Assembly: GCA_002269645.1 (NCBI GenBank)
Contig: NIVC01001010.1
Coordinates: 310,001-374,000, forward strand
Length of the DNA: 64,000 nt
Origin: Macrostomum lignano
Taxonomy: Eukaryota
Direction of reading: 5' to 3'
In this document: in pieces, positions 50,366 through 63,049 of the stretch
Numbering within the stretch: position 1 is the stretch's first letter
How the letters are laid out: each line of letters starts with the position of its first letter
The notes under the pieces: model-generated
What the model saw: only the letters and a program-made list of their open reading frames with translations
Told to the model about the DNA's origin: nothing
Databases searched by the model: none
Position numbers and translations under genes: made by a program

Positions 50366-50789
50366 GCTGCCGTTACGATCTATTGCTTTCAAGTCAAATA
50401 AAATTCAAAAACACGCCCTCGATAAAAGACGCGCAATGCCCGAAGTGGTTTGTTTGTGCTTCACGAAGCATTTGAGAATTATATTTATGCATGTGATAGC
50501 AATCAAAGTCCACAGAGGTGCAATATACAGAGAGACAGAGGTGCACAGAAACGATAGGGAAAATTGGGCTCAGCACGAGGCTATTTCAACAAAAGTACCC
50601 AAGCCCCCTGTACCTGCGCTTCGATAAGCTTGCTGACTCACCAGCCGACTGACTTGCCTCAGCGATAAGCGAACCGATAGAAGGGAGGGGCTGACCCGAG
50701 CATGCGGTGCGGCTCGCCTGGGCTCACTGGGTGACGCATCGGGCGGGGCCTCCCATATGACTGTTGCCTGTTTTTATGCCTGCTATCTG

Positions 50790-51135
<346 letters not shown>

Positions 51136-52879
51136 ATATATCTATCGCTTTTTGTTTCATGATGCTTCTTTTATGTTTTACATGGCGCTTGTTTTTATGT
51201 TACATGGCGCATCTTTTATGTATTACATGACGCTTCTTTTATGTATTACATGACGCTTCTTTTATGTATTACATGACTCTTCTTTTATTTTTATATGATG
51301 TTTCTTTTTTTATTCGACAAGTCGCCTCCTTTTTCTTGTTCTATCTTTAGCTATATACTAGACCTAAATATATAGCGCCAGTCACGAGGGTAATCAAGCG
51401 AACCAATCAAAGGAATGAAAACGCATATGGATAAAGTCAAAGCGGATACAGAATAGGTCTGCATCTAGATGTATTTACGATTTAATGCGAAATGCGAGAT
51501 ATGAATTCTACAAATTTGATGCAGAAGTGTGAGTCACTTATAAATACATGAGCTAAATATAGCAGGATTCTGATCAAAACAGGACACAGATGGATTAAAA
51601 ACATTTATTCACGAATATTATTACAATACAAGGGTTTGCAGAGGCAATATACAATGCAATAGCACAAGATGCCGAACATGAACTATATCGTTGTTAAAGA
51701 CCGGAGAAGTACTAATATTGAAACAAAATTTTATTGTTTATTCAATAATGAGCAACGTTATACAACAAAAAAGATTTTGCCTATGCAGAAAAAAGTTTCA
51801 TTTATAGGTTTTTTATTTTTCTTTAACATTTCCGGCAGCAATGTTTCGGGATAAATAAATGCAGCTAATGTTTAAATTTTTCCATTAGAGAAACTGGGCT
51901 CATTAAATTAAATGTAAGCTGGAGCAGAACCAAGTCAAAATATTTTTTCTTTTTTATTTCCCCATTAACATACTAACCTTTGCTCATGAACACCAATTAA
52001 TAACATTTAAATTTTCTTAGAGATAGAGCTAGGTAAAATACTTTATGAATAGGTAAAAAGAGTTGAACAAGTAACAAATGAATTAGGAGAGTTCAAATGA
52101 ATTAGGAGATTATATAATTGACAAACTACTTACTTCGATTTCAATCTATATAGCGGCTAATGATAAATTAGAAAGAGTACCAATTAAAAATGTTTTAAAT
52201 AGCATGAATATAACAAAAACTAATGCATAATTGCATCAGCATTACTTGCGGAATAAAATATTTGAAAATGTTGTGACTATTAAAGTCGTTTCTAAAGTAG
52301 TCCCTAGTAACTGAAAATTTACATATACTTCAGCTCTGAAATATTTATTATCTTAAAGGATTTTAAACACTCGAGTTGCTGTATCTTAATAGCAATATTT
52401 CTTAATAAGCATCAGCGTGCAGTTGTTATGATTTTTATCACTATAGAGTTATGAAATTCAAGAAGATATTTTATAGGTAAGGGACTATAAAATCCTAATT
52501 TTTAGCACAAAAATTCATATATTAATTCACTGTTTTATATTATAAAAATATCTTCTAGAAATCAATCCTAAATGGAAAATTTATCCTCTATATTTCATAC
52601 AGACATAGTACATTCATAAATATTATGTGTATCTATAAACATAGAAAAAAGAAGCATCTCAGTTTATATTTTACCCAGCAAAATGCATTAAGCTATTATG
52701 GTCTATCCATTATATTATCTAATTGACAGTAGACTACCTGAATTGTTGAATTATATTGAGGATTTCCTCTAAAGTATTTAGTGAAGTACTATTTATTTTA
52801 TTCGATTTTTAAAATAAGACAATTATTATTTAAGTACATCTGCGCATATGAGATAAAAAGGAAATACTTTCCAATCCAG

Positions 52880-53495
52880 AAGAAAAAGCAGACCATCTCG
52901 CAGTCGGAGACTGTCACCACGGAGTCCTTGATCGACCTGGTCGACGACCGGTGGCCTCTCAGCGACATTGCTGTCGACGCAGCGCCGACATCGACTGACG
53001 TTGCCGAAGTCGACGAAGACGCCGACGACATTGAAGAGGATGGAACTGACGTCGATCGGCGGCCGCTGGTGCCGCCACGCGATGGCGTCGGGTGCGGCGA
53101 CGAAATCGATGAGAACGTCGACGGCGGCGGCGACGTCGAGCTTCGCGGCCACCGCCGTCTCTGGCGAGGTCGTCAGGCTTTGCGAAATCGGCGTCATCAC
53201 CGACGACTTCTGGCTGGCTGCCCGTTGACCGCCGCCATCGCTTACGCCACGGCCACCATCGCTACCATAGTCCTGCTCGCCACTGCCGCTGCCTACGCTC
53301 TGCACCGATCGAACTCGGCTGCGACCTCGGCGACGGCTTCTCAGCGGACGCTGCCAGCCGAGGCCGCCTGTTCGAGCATCAGCGTGCAGTCCGTCTGGCG
53401 TCGGGTGTTCCCGCGGCTGAGCACTGGCGGCCCGCTGCGCCTGCTGGACGTCAATCAAGACGGCGTGCCGGATGTCATTCTCACGTTTGGCCAAG
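52880..53495 (+). CDS. FAM234B: FAM234-like type II membrane FG-GAP beta-propeller protein, exon A (start codon not located)
   Basis: Acidic N-terminal region, hydrophobic TM segment (AAIAYATATIATIVLLATAAAYAL) and LRLLDVNQDGVPDVILTFG. Probable acceptor CCAG|AAG; donor G|GTGAT. Confidence 0.7.
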
Positions 53496-53788
53496 GTGAT
53501 TTGTTATATTGCATAACTGCTCCAATAAATAATTTTAGATGTTTCCATGGCAACATCCCTCCGTCACCATAGCAACAGCCGTTTTATATATCATGCAAAA
53601 TCTACCCGTGCTACCATGGCAATACTCCCGTGTCATATTGACATTCCAAAATCATTATCGACATCTGGGTTGTCATAGCAACCTCAGGTTTCCATAGCAA
53701 CCGTCCCGCGTCCTCAAAGGAGTTAATATTACTCCAACTTCGATCCCAGACTTCGACAGGTTGGTACCGATGGGTGCTGATTGCTCAG

Positions 53789-53958
53789 ATTCGACAACGC
53801 CGGCCTCAGCCTGCGCAGGCGGCATCGAAGCTCTGGACGGCGCCACCGGGCGGACCATCTGGCGGAGCCGACTGGAGCAGCGACCGATGGCCGTCAGCTG
53901 CGAGGCCGACCTCAACAAGGACGGCCTGCCGGACTGCCTGGTTGGCGGACGCGGCGGG
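53789..53958 (+). CDS. FAM234B: FAM234-like exon B
   Basis: Acceptor CTCAG|AT; CAGGIEALDGATGRTIW...DLNKDGLPDCLVGGRGG; donor GGG|GTGAGT. Confidence 0.8.
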
Positions 53959-53959
53959 G

Positions 53960-54410
53960 TGAGTCTGATGTTTATTGCTGCCTGAGTCTGATGTTTATTG
54001 CTGACTGAGTCTGATGTTTATTGCTGACTGAGTCTGATGTTTATTGCTGACTGAGTCTGATGTTTATTGCTGACTGAGTCTGATGTTTATTGCTGACTGA
54101 GTCTGATGTTTATTGCCGACTGAGTCTGATGTTTATTGCTGACTGAGTCTGCTGTTTATTGCTGACTGAGGCTGCTGTTTATTGCTGACTGAGGCTGATG
54201 TTTATTGCTGACTGAGTCTGATGTTTATTGCTGACTGAGGCTGCTGTTTATTGCCGACTGAGGCTGCTGTTTATTGCCGACTGAGGATGCTGTTTATTGC
54301 TGACTGAGGCTGCTGTTTATTGCTGCCTGAGGCTGCTGTTTATTGCTGCCTGAGGCTGCTGTTTATTGCCGACTGAGGCTGCTGTTTATTGCTGCCTGAG
54401 GCTGCTGTTT
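53960..54410. repeat. 23-bp minisatellite (FAM234-like intron B-C)
   Basis: Unit GTCTGATGTTTATTGCTGACTGA, starting at the donor site. Confidence 0.93.
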
Positions 54411-54507
54411 GGGCCTTTCGCACGGAAATTGGCCCACGAATTGTTGGGCGATTCAAGACCAACCAAAGCACAAGGCATGGACGCTGCTTTGCATACAATG
54501 CCCTCAG

Positions 54508-54925
54508 CTGTTGTCCGCCCATGATGCGGCAACGGGCGCCCGCCTCTGGCGCTCGCTGGTCACCCGAGGCGGCTTACTTCACCGCGCAGCCCATCGGCGA
54601 CGTGGACGACGACGGGGTGCCGGATTTTGTTCAGACGAGGGGCGGTGGAGGCGACGACCTTGACGAACTGCCGCCCAAGGGCGAACTGCTACTGCTGTCG
54701 GGCGCTACCGGGGCGGAGACGGCCTGGCAGTATGTCCCGGACAGGCGGCCGGTCCACCTGCCGCCACAAATTGTTCGGCTGGCCGACAATGAACGCGGCA
54801 GTGATGACGGATCAAGAAGGATTCTATTTTCAACTGGCGGCGACTTTGAAGACGGTGACCGACAAGGCGGGGCGCTGTACTTGCTGCGATTGAAGACTTT
54901 CCTGCTTTCTGGAGAGGCAGCTAAG
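54508..54925 (+). CDS. FAM234B: FAM234-like exon C (contains an apparent 1-nt frameshift near 54560)
   Basis: Acceptor CTCAG|CTG gives LLSAHDAATGARLWRS, continuing in the next frame as AYFTAQPIGDVDDDGVPDF...GGALYLL; donor AAG|GTATGC. Confidence 0.7.
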
Positions 54926-54929
54926 GTAT

Positions 54930-55937
54930 GCGGCAGTGGGTGTAGCAGTGGCAATAGCAGTGGCAGTAGCAGTGGCAATAGCAGTGGCAGTAGCAGTGGC
55001 AGTAGCAGTGGCAGTAGCAGTGGCAGTGGCAGTGGCAGTAGCAGTGGCAGTAGCAGTAGCAGTAGCAGTGGCAGTAGCAGTAGCAGTGGCAGTAGCAGTG
55101 GCAGTGGCGGCGGCAGTAGCAGTAGCAGTGGCAGTGGCAGTAGCAGTAGCAGTAGCAGTAGCAGTGGCAGTGGCAGTGGCAGTAGCAGTGGCAGTGGCAG
55201 TGGCAGTGGCAGTAGCAGTGGCAGTAGCAGTGGCAGTAGCAGTAGCAGTGGCAGTAGCAGTGGCAGTGGCAGTAGCAGTGGCAGTAGCAGTAGCAGTGGC
55301 AGTAGCAGTGGCAGTGGCAGTGGCAGTGGCAGTAGCAGTGGCAGTAGCAGTGGCAGTAGCAGTAGCAGTGGCAGTAGCAGTGGCAGTGGCAGTGGCAGCG
55401 GCAGTGGCAGTGGCAGCGGCAGCGGCAGTGGCAGTGGCAGTGGCAGTAGCAGTGGCAGCGGCAGCGGCAGTGGCAGTAGCAGTGGCAGTAGCAGTGGCAG
55501 TAGCAGTAGCAGTGGCAGTGGCGGCGGCAGTAGCAGTAGCAGTGGCAGTGGCAGTAGCAGTAGCAGTAGCAGTAGCAGTGGCAGTGGCAGTGGCAGTAGC
55601 AGTGGCAGTGGCAGTGGCAGTAGCAGTGGCAGTAGCAGTGGCAGTAGCAGTAGCAGTGGCAGTAGCAGTGGCAGTGGCAGTGGCAGTAGCAGTGGCAGTA
55701 GCAGTGGCAGTAGCAGTAGCAGTGGCAGTAGCAGTGGCAGTGGCAGTGGCAGTGGCAGTAGCAGTGGCAGTAGCAGTGGCAGTAGCAGTAGCAGTGGCAG
55801 TAGCAGTGGCAGTGGCAGCGGCAGTGGCAGTGGCAGCGGCAGCGGCAGTGGCAGTGGCAGTGGCAGCGGCAGTGGCAGCGGCAGTGGCAGTGGCAGCGGC
55901 AGTGGCAGTGGCAGCGGCAGTGGCAGCGGCAGTGGCA
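54930..55937. repeat. (AGT/GGC/AGC)n triplet-mosaic repeat (intron C-D)
   Basis: Follows donor AAG|GTATGC and produces a spurious Ser/Gly ORF tail. Confidence 0.93.
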
Positions 55938-56577
55938 GAAAATCTCCAAGAATTTTTTAGGGTCTTCCCCGCATCAATCTAACGTTACCGTGTCCATACG
56001 AAGTCTTTCAAAGATTAGTAATACTCAGCAACCGTATCTGCCAACCTCCTGTGCATTATCTGCCCCATCTGCTGTAGAAACCAGAGCTCGGTACAGAAGA
56101 AATAGTACATGTAGGTCCGGTCCAGCAGCTCAGAAGCATTTTCTAAGCATACTGCATGCTTTCTAAATCCTGTGCTTCTAGAAGCGAGTTCTCTCTCGGG
56201 AAATATTTTTTCGCAGCAAGGGAAGGATTCTTGCATCTCGCGAGGCATGCCTAGCTAACTATTTTTCGGCTTATCTAAAGAAGCCATGCTTGCTTCTCTT
56301 GTCCAAGCCATAGCACAGATGCACTTAATGCATATAGGCTTGGCCAGTTTCCTGCTTACAACATTTCAGCTTTCCTTCTATCAAATTTATGACTCAAAGC
56401 CTTACGAATAACAGAAGCCCCAACGCTTATTGCTATAGAAGACTGGGGATTGACTGCCAAGTATTGAGCTTTTCCCGCCTGAATATCTTCTAAACAGGGC
56501 CGTCAGCCAGATTAGCCATTGCACTCACTGCAAGCAGCTTGTTGCAGCCAGCTTCTAGCAGCAGTCACAGGGACCCT

Positions 56578-57150
56578 CATTGCTGGCGCCCCCTCTGTAG
56601 CTGGCGCCCCCTCTGTAGCTGGCGCCTCTCTCTGTAGCTGGCACCCTTTCTGTAGCTGGCGCCCCTCTCTGTAGCTGGCGCCTCTCTCTGTAGCTGGCAC
56701 CCTTTCTGTAGCTGGCGCCCCTCTCTGTAGCTGGCGCCTCTCTCTGTAGCTGGCACCCTTTCTGTAGCTGGCGCCCCTCTCTGTAGCTGGCGCCCCTCTC
56801 TGTAGCTGGCGCCTCTCTCTGTAGCTGGCACCCTTTCTGTAGCTGGCGCCCCTCTCTGTAGCTGGCGCCCCTCTCTGTAATTGGCGCCCCTTCTGTAGCT
56901 GGCGCCCCTCTCTGTAGCTGGTGCCCCTGCTGTAGCTGGTGCCCCTCTCTGTAGCTGGCGCCCTTTCTGTAGCTGGCGCCCCTTCTGTAGCTAGCGCCCT
57001 TTCTGTAGCTGGCGCCCCTCCTGTAGCTGGCGCCCTTTCTGTAGCTGGCGCCCCTCCTGTAGCTGGCGCCTATCCTGTAGCTGGCGCCTCTCCTGTAGCT
57101 GGCGCCCCTCCTGTAGCTGGCGCCCCTTCTGTAGTTGGCGCCCCTCTCTG
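56578..57150. repeat. 19-21-bp CTGTAGCTGGCGCCCCTCT array
   Basis: Tandem units; the reverse complement carries the GGGGCGCCAG core. Confidence 0.92.
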
Positions 57151-57358
57151 TAGGTGGCGTCCCTTCAGAAGATATTTAGCTCAAATGGCTAGAAAATCCC
57201 TTGTGGTGAAAATTTGCGGCTGGCCAAGAGCTACAAATACTGAGAAGAATTTCCGACATAGGCCAGAATATTATCGTATGTTGTCCACTATTAGTAGGAA
57301 AAATATATATAAAAATTTATTTTATTTAATTTATTAAAATTTGAATACCTTTCGGCAG

Positions 57359-57679
57359 GCCGCCCCCGTCATATCAGGCGTGGCGCACAAAGGCCCGCTA
57401 GGCGGCCCGGCCACCCTGGCCGATTTAAACTCGGACAGCCGGCCGGAGCTGATCCTGCCGCTGCTCAACGGCTCCGTGATGGCCGCTGATGTTACGCATC
57501 TTTTCGGTAGCCAAAGGCGCGTGCGGCCAACCGTTTGGCGCGCAGATTTGCCCGGTAGCGTCAAAGGCGCGGAGGTTCGGTGGGCCCTGGCGCCGGGGTT
57601 CTTCAGCCAAGACCGGGTGCCAGACTTTTTTGTGCAATACTGCGTGGGGCCCGGATATCCGGTCTACAGGAGTCAGAGA
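57359..57679 (+). CDS. FAM234B: FAM234-like exon D
   Basis: Acceptor GGCAG|GCC; ATLADLNSDSRPELILP...ALAPGFFSQDRVPDFFVQYCVGPGYPVY; donor AGA|GTGAGT. Confidence 0.8.
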
Positions 57680-57699
57680 GTGAGTGCGGGGGTGCTGTT

Positions 57700-58660
57700 G
57701 GTCACTGTGTTAATCCTGAATGTCACTCTGTTGATTCTAAATGTAGTACACTAAGTTTGAATCCTGGTGTCGCTCTGTTGATCCTGATGCCACTCTGTTG
57801 ATCCTGACGTCACTCTGTTGATCCTGACGTCACTCTGTTGATCCTGACGTCACTCTGTCGATCCTGATGTCACTCTGTTGATCCCAATGTCACTCTGTTC
57901 ATTTTAATGTCACTCTATTGATCCCAATGTCACTCTGTTCATTTTAATGTCACTCTATTGATCCTGATGTCACTCTGTTGATCCTAATGTCACTCTGTTG
58001 ATCCTGATGTCACTCTGTTGATCCTGATGTCACTCTGTTGATCCTGATGTCACTCTGTTGATCCTGATGTCACTCTGTCGATCCTAATGTCACTCTGTTG
58101 ATCCTGATGTCACTCTGTTGATCCTGATGTCACTCTGTTGATCCTGATGTCACTCTGTTGATCCTGATGTCACTCTGTTGATCCTGATGTCACTCTGTTG
58201 ATCCTGATGTCACTCTGTTGATCCTGATGTCACTCTGTTGATCCTGATGTCACTCTGTTGATCCTGATGTCACTCTGTTGATCCTGATGTCACTCTGTTG
58301 ATCCTGATGTCACTCTGTTGATCCTGATGTCACTCTGTTGATCCTGACGTCACTCTGTTGATCCTGATGTCACTCTGTTGATCCTGACGTCACTCTGTCG
58401 ATCCTAATGTCACTCTGTTGATCCTGATGTCACTCTGTTGATCCTGATGTCACTCTGTTGATCCTGATGTCACTCTGTTGATCCTGATGTCACTCTGTTG
58501 ATCCTGACGTCACTCTGTTGATCCTGATGTCACTCTGTTGATCCTGATGTCACTCTGTTGATCCTGATGTCACTCTGTTGATCCTGATGTCACTCTGTTG
58601 ATCCTGATGTCACTCTGTTGATCCTGATGTCACCCTGTTGATCCTGATGTCACTCTATCG
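57700..58660. repeat. 20-bp minisatellite (intron D-E)
   Basis: Unit GATCCTGATGTCACTCTGTT. Confidence 0.96.
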
Positions 58661-58718
58661 ATCATTCTATCATCCTACTAACAATTTTTTTAACTCATTT
58701 CAACGCCGACTCTCTCAG

Positions 58719-58890
58719 TTCGTCGTCCTCGACGGTTCCACCGGCCGGGTGATCAAAGAGTTGCCGCCTGCCGAGGCCGCGGTTGGCATCGCTGGATCGC
58801 TCGGCTCCCCGCTGACCGTGTCATTCGAGGGAGTCGGTCAGGACCTGTTCCTGCACTGGCGGCTTGACTGTCGCAGGCGGAGGGCGTCGG
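58719..58890 (+). CDS. FAM234B: FAM234-like exon E
   Basis: Acceptor CTCAG|TTC; FVVLDGSTGRVI...GSPLTVSFEGVGQDLFLHW; donor G|GTGAGA. Confidence 0.8.
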
Positions 58891-59029
58891 GTGAGACTTG
58901 GCCGACTGTTTGATTGGCACTCTGTTTACGCTAAATGTTATTCTGGTTAATCTGAAATGCTACTTTTGATCTTACATGTCAGTAACTCTACTTATTATGT
59001 TACCCTGTTATGTATAATGTCACTCAGTT

Positions 59030-59545
59030 GATTATAGTGTCACTCTGTTGATTGTAGTGTCACTCTGTTGATTGTAGTGTCACTCTGTTGATAACAACGT
59101 CATTTTGTTGATTATAGTGTCACTCTGTTGATTATAGTGTCACTCTGTTGATTGTAGTGTCACTCTGTTGATAATAACGTCACTCTGTTGATAATAACGT
59201 CACTCTGTTGATTATAGTGTCACTCTGTTGATTATAGTATCACTCTGTTGATTATAGTGTCACTCTGTTGATTATAGTATCACTCTGTTGATTATAGTGT
59301 CACTCTGTTGATTATAGTATCACTCTGTTGATTATAGCGTCACTCTGTTGGTTATAGCGTCACTCTGTTGATTATAGTGTCACTCTGTTGATTATAGTGT
59401 CACTCTGTTGATTATAGCGTCACTCTGTTGATTATAGCGTCACTCTGTTGATTATAGTGTCACTTTGTTGATTATAGCGTCACTCTGTTGGTTATAGCGT
59501 CACTCTGTTGATTATAGGGTCACTCTGTTGATTATAGTGTCACTC
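59030..59545. repeat. 20-bp minisatellite (intron E-F)
   Basis: Unit GATTATAGTGTCACTCTGTT. Confidence 0.95.
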
Positions 59546-59563
59546 TCTCCCCACTTTTCTTAG

Positions 59564-59674
59564 GCGCCGCAAAATGGCTGCCCTGTTGGCGAAGATTCAA
59601 CGCGAACTCGGCCGCTCAGCTGTTGCTGGTTGGCCAGCACATCCCGGCGTCTGGCGTCACCGTCTACGATGAAC
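59564..59674 (+). CDS. FAM234B: FAM234-like exon F
   Basis: Acceptor CTTAG|GC; CWRRFNANSAAQLLLVGQHIPASGVTVY; donor C|GTGAGT; phases are consistent. Confidence 0.7.
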
Positions 59675-59689
59675 GTGAGTTTATCGCTG

Positions 59690-59985
59690 TGTCTGTTGGT
59701 TCCGGTCGCTGTGTCTGCGGCTTCCGGTGACTGTGCCTGTGAGTTCCAAGTCACTGTTTCTGTGGGTCCCGGTGACTGTGCCTGTGGCTTCCGGTCACTG
59801 TGTCTGTGCGTTCCGGTGACTGTGTCTGTGGGTTCCGGTGACTGTGTCTGTGGGTTCCGGTCACTGTGCCTGTGGGTTCCGGTCACTGGCTGTGGGTTCC
59901 GGTCACTGTGCCTGTGGGTTCCGGTCACTGTCTGTGGGTTCCGGTCACTGTGCCTGTGGGTTCCGGTCACTGTGCCTGTGGGTTC
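59690..59985. repeat. ~22-bp minisatellite (intron F-G)
   Basis: Unit approximately GTGGGTTCCGGTCACTGTGCCT. Confidence 0.88.
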
Positions 59986-60112
59986 CAGTTTTGGGCGGGA
60001 TTACACAGTGTTTCTGGTCAATGCATCTTTTAGATTCAGTTAATTTAAGTTTGTGTAATTTCATGTTAGCTATGTCAGTGAGAAAACTGCCACTGCATTC
60101 CCCCTTCGTTAG

Positions 60113-60322
60113 GCGCTGAAAATGACAGCTCATCAGACCGGCCCTTAGCAACCACAGGCACTTTGGCGCCGCCAGTCAATCGAAATTCCCACGGCAACAA
60201 CGGCAGTAGCAGCATCGATGCGGTGTTCGCCGTTGCCTCCACTGCGGATGACCCAGCCAGTCAGGAGCAAACTTGCCTGGACAGTTACCTGAGCCGCTCG
60301 GCTGATAGGTTTAATAGAGCCA
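60113..60322 (+). CDS. FAM234B: FAM234-like exon G
   Basis: Acceptor GTTAG|GC; ATTGTLAPP...SIDAVF; donor A|GTAAGT. Confidence 0.7.
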
Positions 60323-60408
60323 GTAAGTGGCACTGTTTCGAGGAAATCTTGATAGATAATTGGGTGGAAATTTCCTAAGCCAAGCCCGGTCATCTCTCTA
60401 TCTCGCAG

Positions 60409-60550
60409 GCAAGAGCTACGGCATGAGTGCGCGGCGCTACAGAGCTATGGCTATGCGACGCTGTTATCAAAAGTTCAATAAAATTTATTCCACTCACAAT
60501 ATAAATAGCGACCGGTTTGCTAGCAAGTTTAAACAGCTGGTTGTCTATCG
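60409..60550 (+). CDS. FAM234B: FAM234-like exon H
   Basis: Acceptor CGCAG|GC; ends FKQLVVYR; phase-2 donor CG|GTGAGT. Confidence 0.7.
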
Positions 60551-62070
60551 GTGAGTGAAGTGATGGTGTTTATCTGTGAGTGAAGTGATGGTGTTTATCT
60601 GTGAGTGAAGTGATGGTGTTTATCTGTGAGTGAAGTGATGGTGTTTATCTGTGAGTGAAGTGATGGTGTTTATCTGTGAGTGAAGTGATGGTGTTTATCT
60701 GTGACTGAAGTGATGGTGTTTATCTGTGAGTGAAGTGATGGTGTTTATCTGTGAGTGAAGTGATAAGTGTTTATCTGTGAGTGAAGTGATGGTGTTTATC
60801 TGTGAGTGAAGTGATGGTGTTTATCTGTGAGTGAAGTGATGGTGTTAATTTATTTGTGAGTGACGTGATGGTGTTTATCTGTGAGTGACGTGATGGTGTT
60901 TATCTGTGAGTGAAGTGATGGTGTTTATCTGTGAGTGAAGTGGTGTTTATCTGTGAGTGAAGTGATGGTGTTTATCTGTGAGTGAAGTGATAAGTGTTTA
61001 TCTGTGAGTGAAGTGATGGTGTTTATCTGTGAGTGAAGTGATGTTGTTAATTTATTTGTGAGTGACGTGATGGTGTTTATCTGTGAGTGACGTGATGGTG
61101 TTTATCTGGGAGTGAAGTGATGGTGTTTATCTGTGAGTGAGGTGATGGTGTTTATCTGTGAGTGAGTGAGTGAAGTGATGGTGTTTATCTGTGAGTGAAG
61201 TGATGGTGTTTATCTGTGAGTGAAGTGATGGTGTTTATCTGTGAGTGAAGTGATGGTGTTTATCTGTGAGTGAAGTGATGGTGTTTATCTGTGAGTGAAG
61301 TGATGATGTTTATCTGGGAGTGAGTGAGTGAATTGATAGTGTTTATCAGTGAGTGACGTGTTGGTGTTTATCTGTGAGTGACGTGATGGTGTTTATCTGT
61401 GAGTGACGTGATGGTGTTTATCTGTGAGTGACGTGATGGTGTTTATCTGTGAGTGACGTGATGGTGTTTATCTGTGAGTGAAGTGATAACTGTTTATCTG
61501 TGAGTGAATTGATGGTGTTTATCTGTGAGTGAAGTGATGGTGTTTATCTGTGAGTGAAGTGATGGTGTTTATCTATGAGTGAGGTGATGGTGTTTATCTG
61601 TGAGTGAGTGAGTGAATTGATAGTGTTTATCAGTGAGTGACGTGTTGGTGTTTATCTGGGAGTGAAGTGATGGTGTTTATCTGTGAGTGAGGTGATGGTG
61701 TTTATCTGTGAGTGAGTGAGTGAAGTGATGGTGTTTATCTGTGAGTGAAGTGATGGTGTTTATCTGTGAGTGAAGTGATGGTGTTTATCTGTGAGTGAAG
61801 TGATGGTGTTTATCTGTGAGTGAAGTGATGGTGTTTATCTGTGAGTGAAGTGATGGTGTTTATCTGTGAGTGAAGTGATGGTGTTTATCTGTGAGTGAAG
61901 TGATGGTGTTTATCTGTGAGTGAAGTGATGATGTTTATCTGGGAGTGAGTGAGTGAATTAATAGTGTTTATCTGTGAGTGACGTGTTGGTGTTTATCTGG
62001 GAGTGAAGTGATGGTGTTTATCTGGGAGTGAGTGAGTGAAGTGATGGTGTTTATCTGTGAGTGAAGTGCT
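60551..62070. repeat. 25-bp minisatellite beginning at the exon H donor
   Basis: Unit GTGAGTGAAGTGATGGTGTTTATCT. Confidence 0.96.
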
Positions 62071-62108
62071 GGTATTTACCAACCGCTTCTACCTACATGC
62101 ACTCGCAG

Positions 62109-62247
62109 GCGACGTATCACCTGTCACTGCAATCGGAGGGCCAGAGCGAGCAACCGGAAGTGTCTCCGGATTCTCCCCTACTCAGAGCAGCGCTGGACAG
62201 CCTACATGGGCAACCGGGCCGATGGCTACCTGAGAAATGCGCCCTGA
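62109..62247 (+). CDS. FAM234B: FAM234-like last exon
   Basis: Acceptor CGCAG|G; ...LPYSEQRWTAYMGNRADGYLRNAP*, with a FAM234-type W-x-A-Y-M-G C-terminal motif; stop TGA at 62245-62247. Confidence 0.72.
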
Positions 62248-62764
62248 TAAAAATCGAATGTTGCTATTGATGAATAATTATGAGGAAAGTGGGCAGTATT
62301 TAACCAAATAATTGCGCTTTGTGAAACATTTGACCATTCGATCTAACTGTACTGCGGTGTACTTTTTACCCGTGTGATCAAGTCATATCTGTCATCAGTG
62401 GGATATACATACTATCTGATAATTTTACGGAGTCTAACCTCATTCTATATACTCATTCATTCATTCCATATCATATGCTTTAATTATATCTAACATGGTG
62501 TCCTTCGGCCGACTACATGAAGGAAAGTACATGTGACAATTTTCAAGCGTTTCTTGCCCCTCTTGGGGCCATAGACAAAACAGATATACCTCGTGCATAA
62601 ACACCATACTTCCTCTGGTCATTGAAAACTTTACAGTTGGCTTCAGCTCTTATTAACAGTCTATTGATTTTTTAGAGAAATAAGAAATACCAGTAATTGC
62701 TAATTCACATAATTCAACAGACTCGCAGTGTTCACGCAGTGTTCATTCTACAGTTCAAAACAAA

Positions 62765-63049
62765 TAATTGATTACACTTGCCCTGATAGGCAGATGTGCA
62801 ACTGACAGCTCAGCCGCAGCTATTGCGCGGCGCATCTGAAGGCTGCGTAAGGATGCTCAGTACAAGGACTGGGGGGTCGCCACACACATCCTGAATTAGC
62901 CCAGCTGGCACCCATTTTACAACTGGGTGAACTGAAGCAATGCAGAGTGAGTATCTTGCTCAAGGACACAAATTGTTCCGAATGGTTCGAGAATCGAACC
63001 CCCGACCTTCGCTCCGACGAGTCCGACGCTCCAACCACTAGGCTACAAC
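62765..63049 (-). mobile_element. tRNA-derived SINE family 2, copy B (head hit by the MITE)
   Basis: Reverse complement: GTTGTAGCCTAGTGGTTGGAGCG...GGGGTTCGATTCTCGAACC...GTCCTTGAGCAAGATACTC...TGTAAAATGGG. The 3' half is colinear with the 41-kb copy. Confidence 0.75.

Noticed and set aside
54559-54568. 10-nt GT..AG micro-intron that would repair the FAM234-like frameshift
   Set aside because: It restores the frame arithmetically but is far below the minimum spliceosomal intron size.
54926-55960. Ser/Gly-rich extension of ORF 54389..55960 as a silk- or adhesive-like protein
   Set aside because: It starts right after a good donor (AAG|GTATGC), and splicing to 57359 continues the FG-GAP protein in phase. 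It is an intronic triplet repeat.
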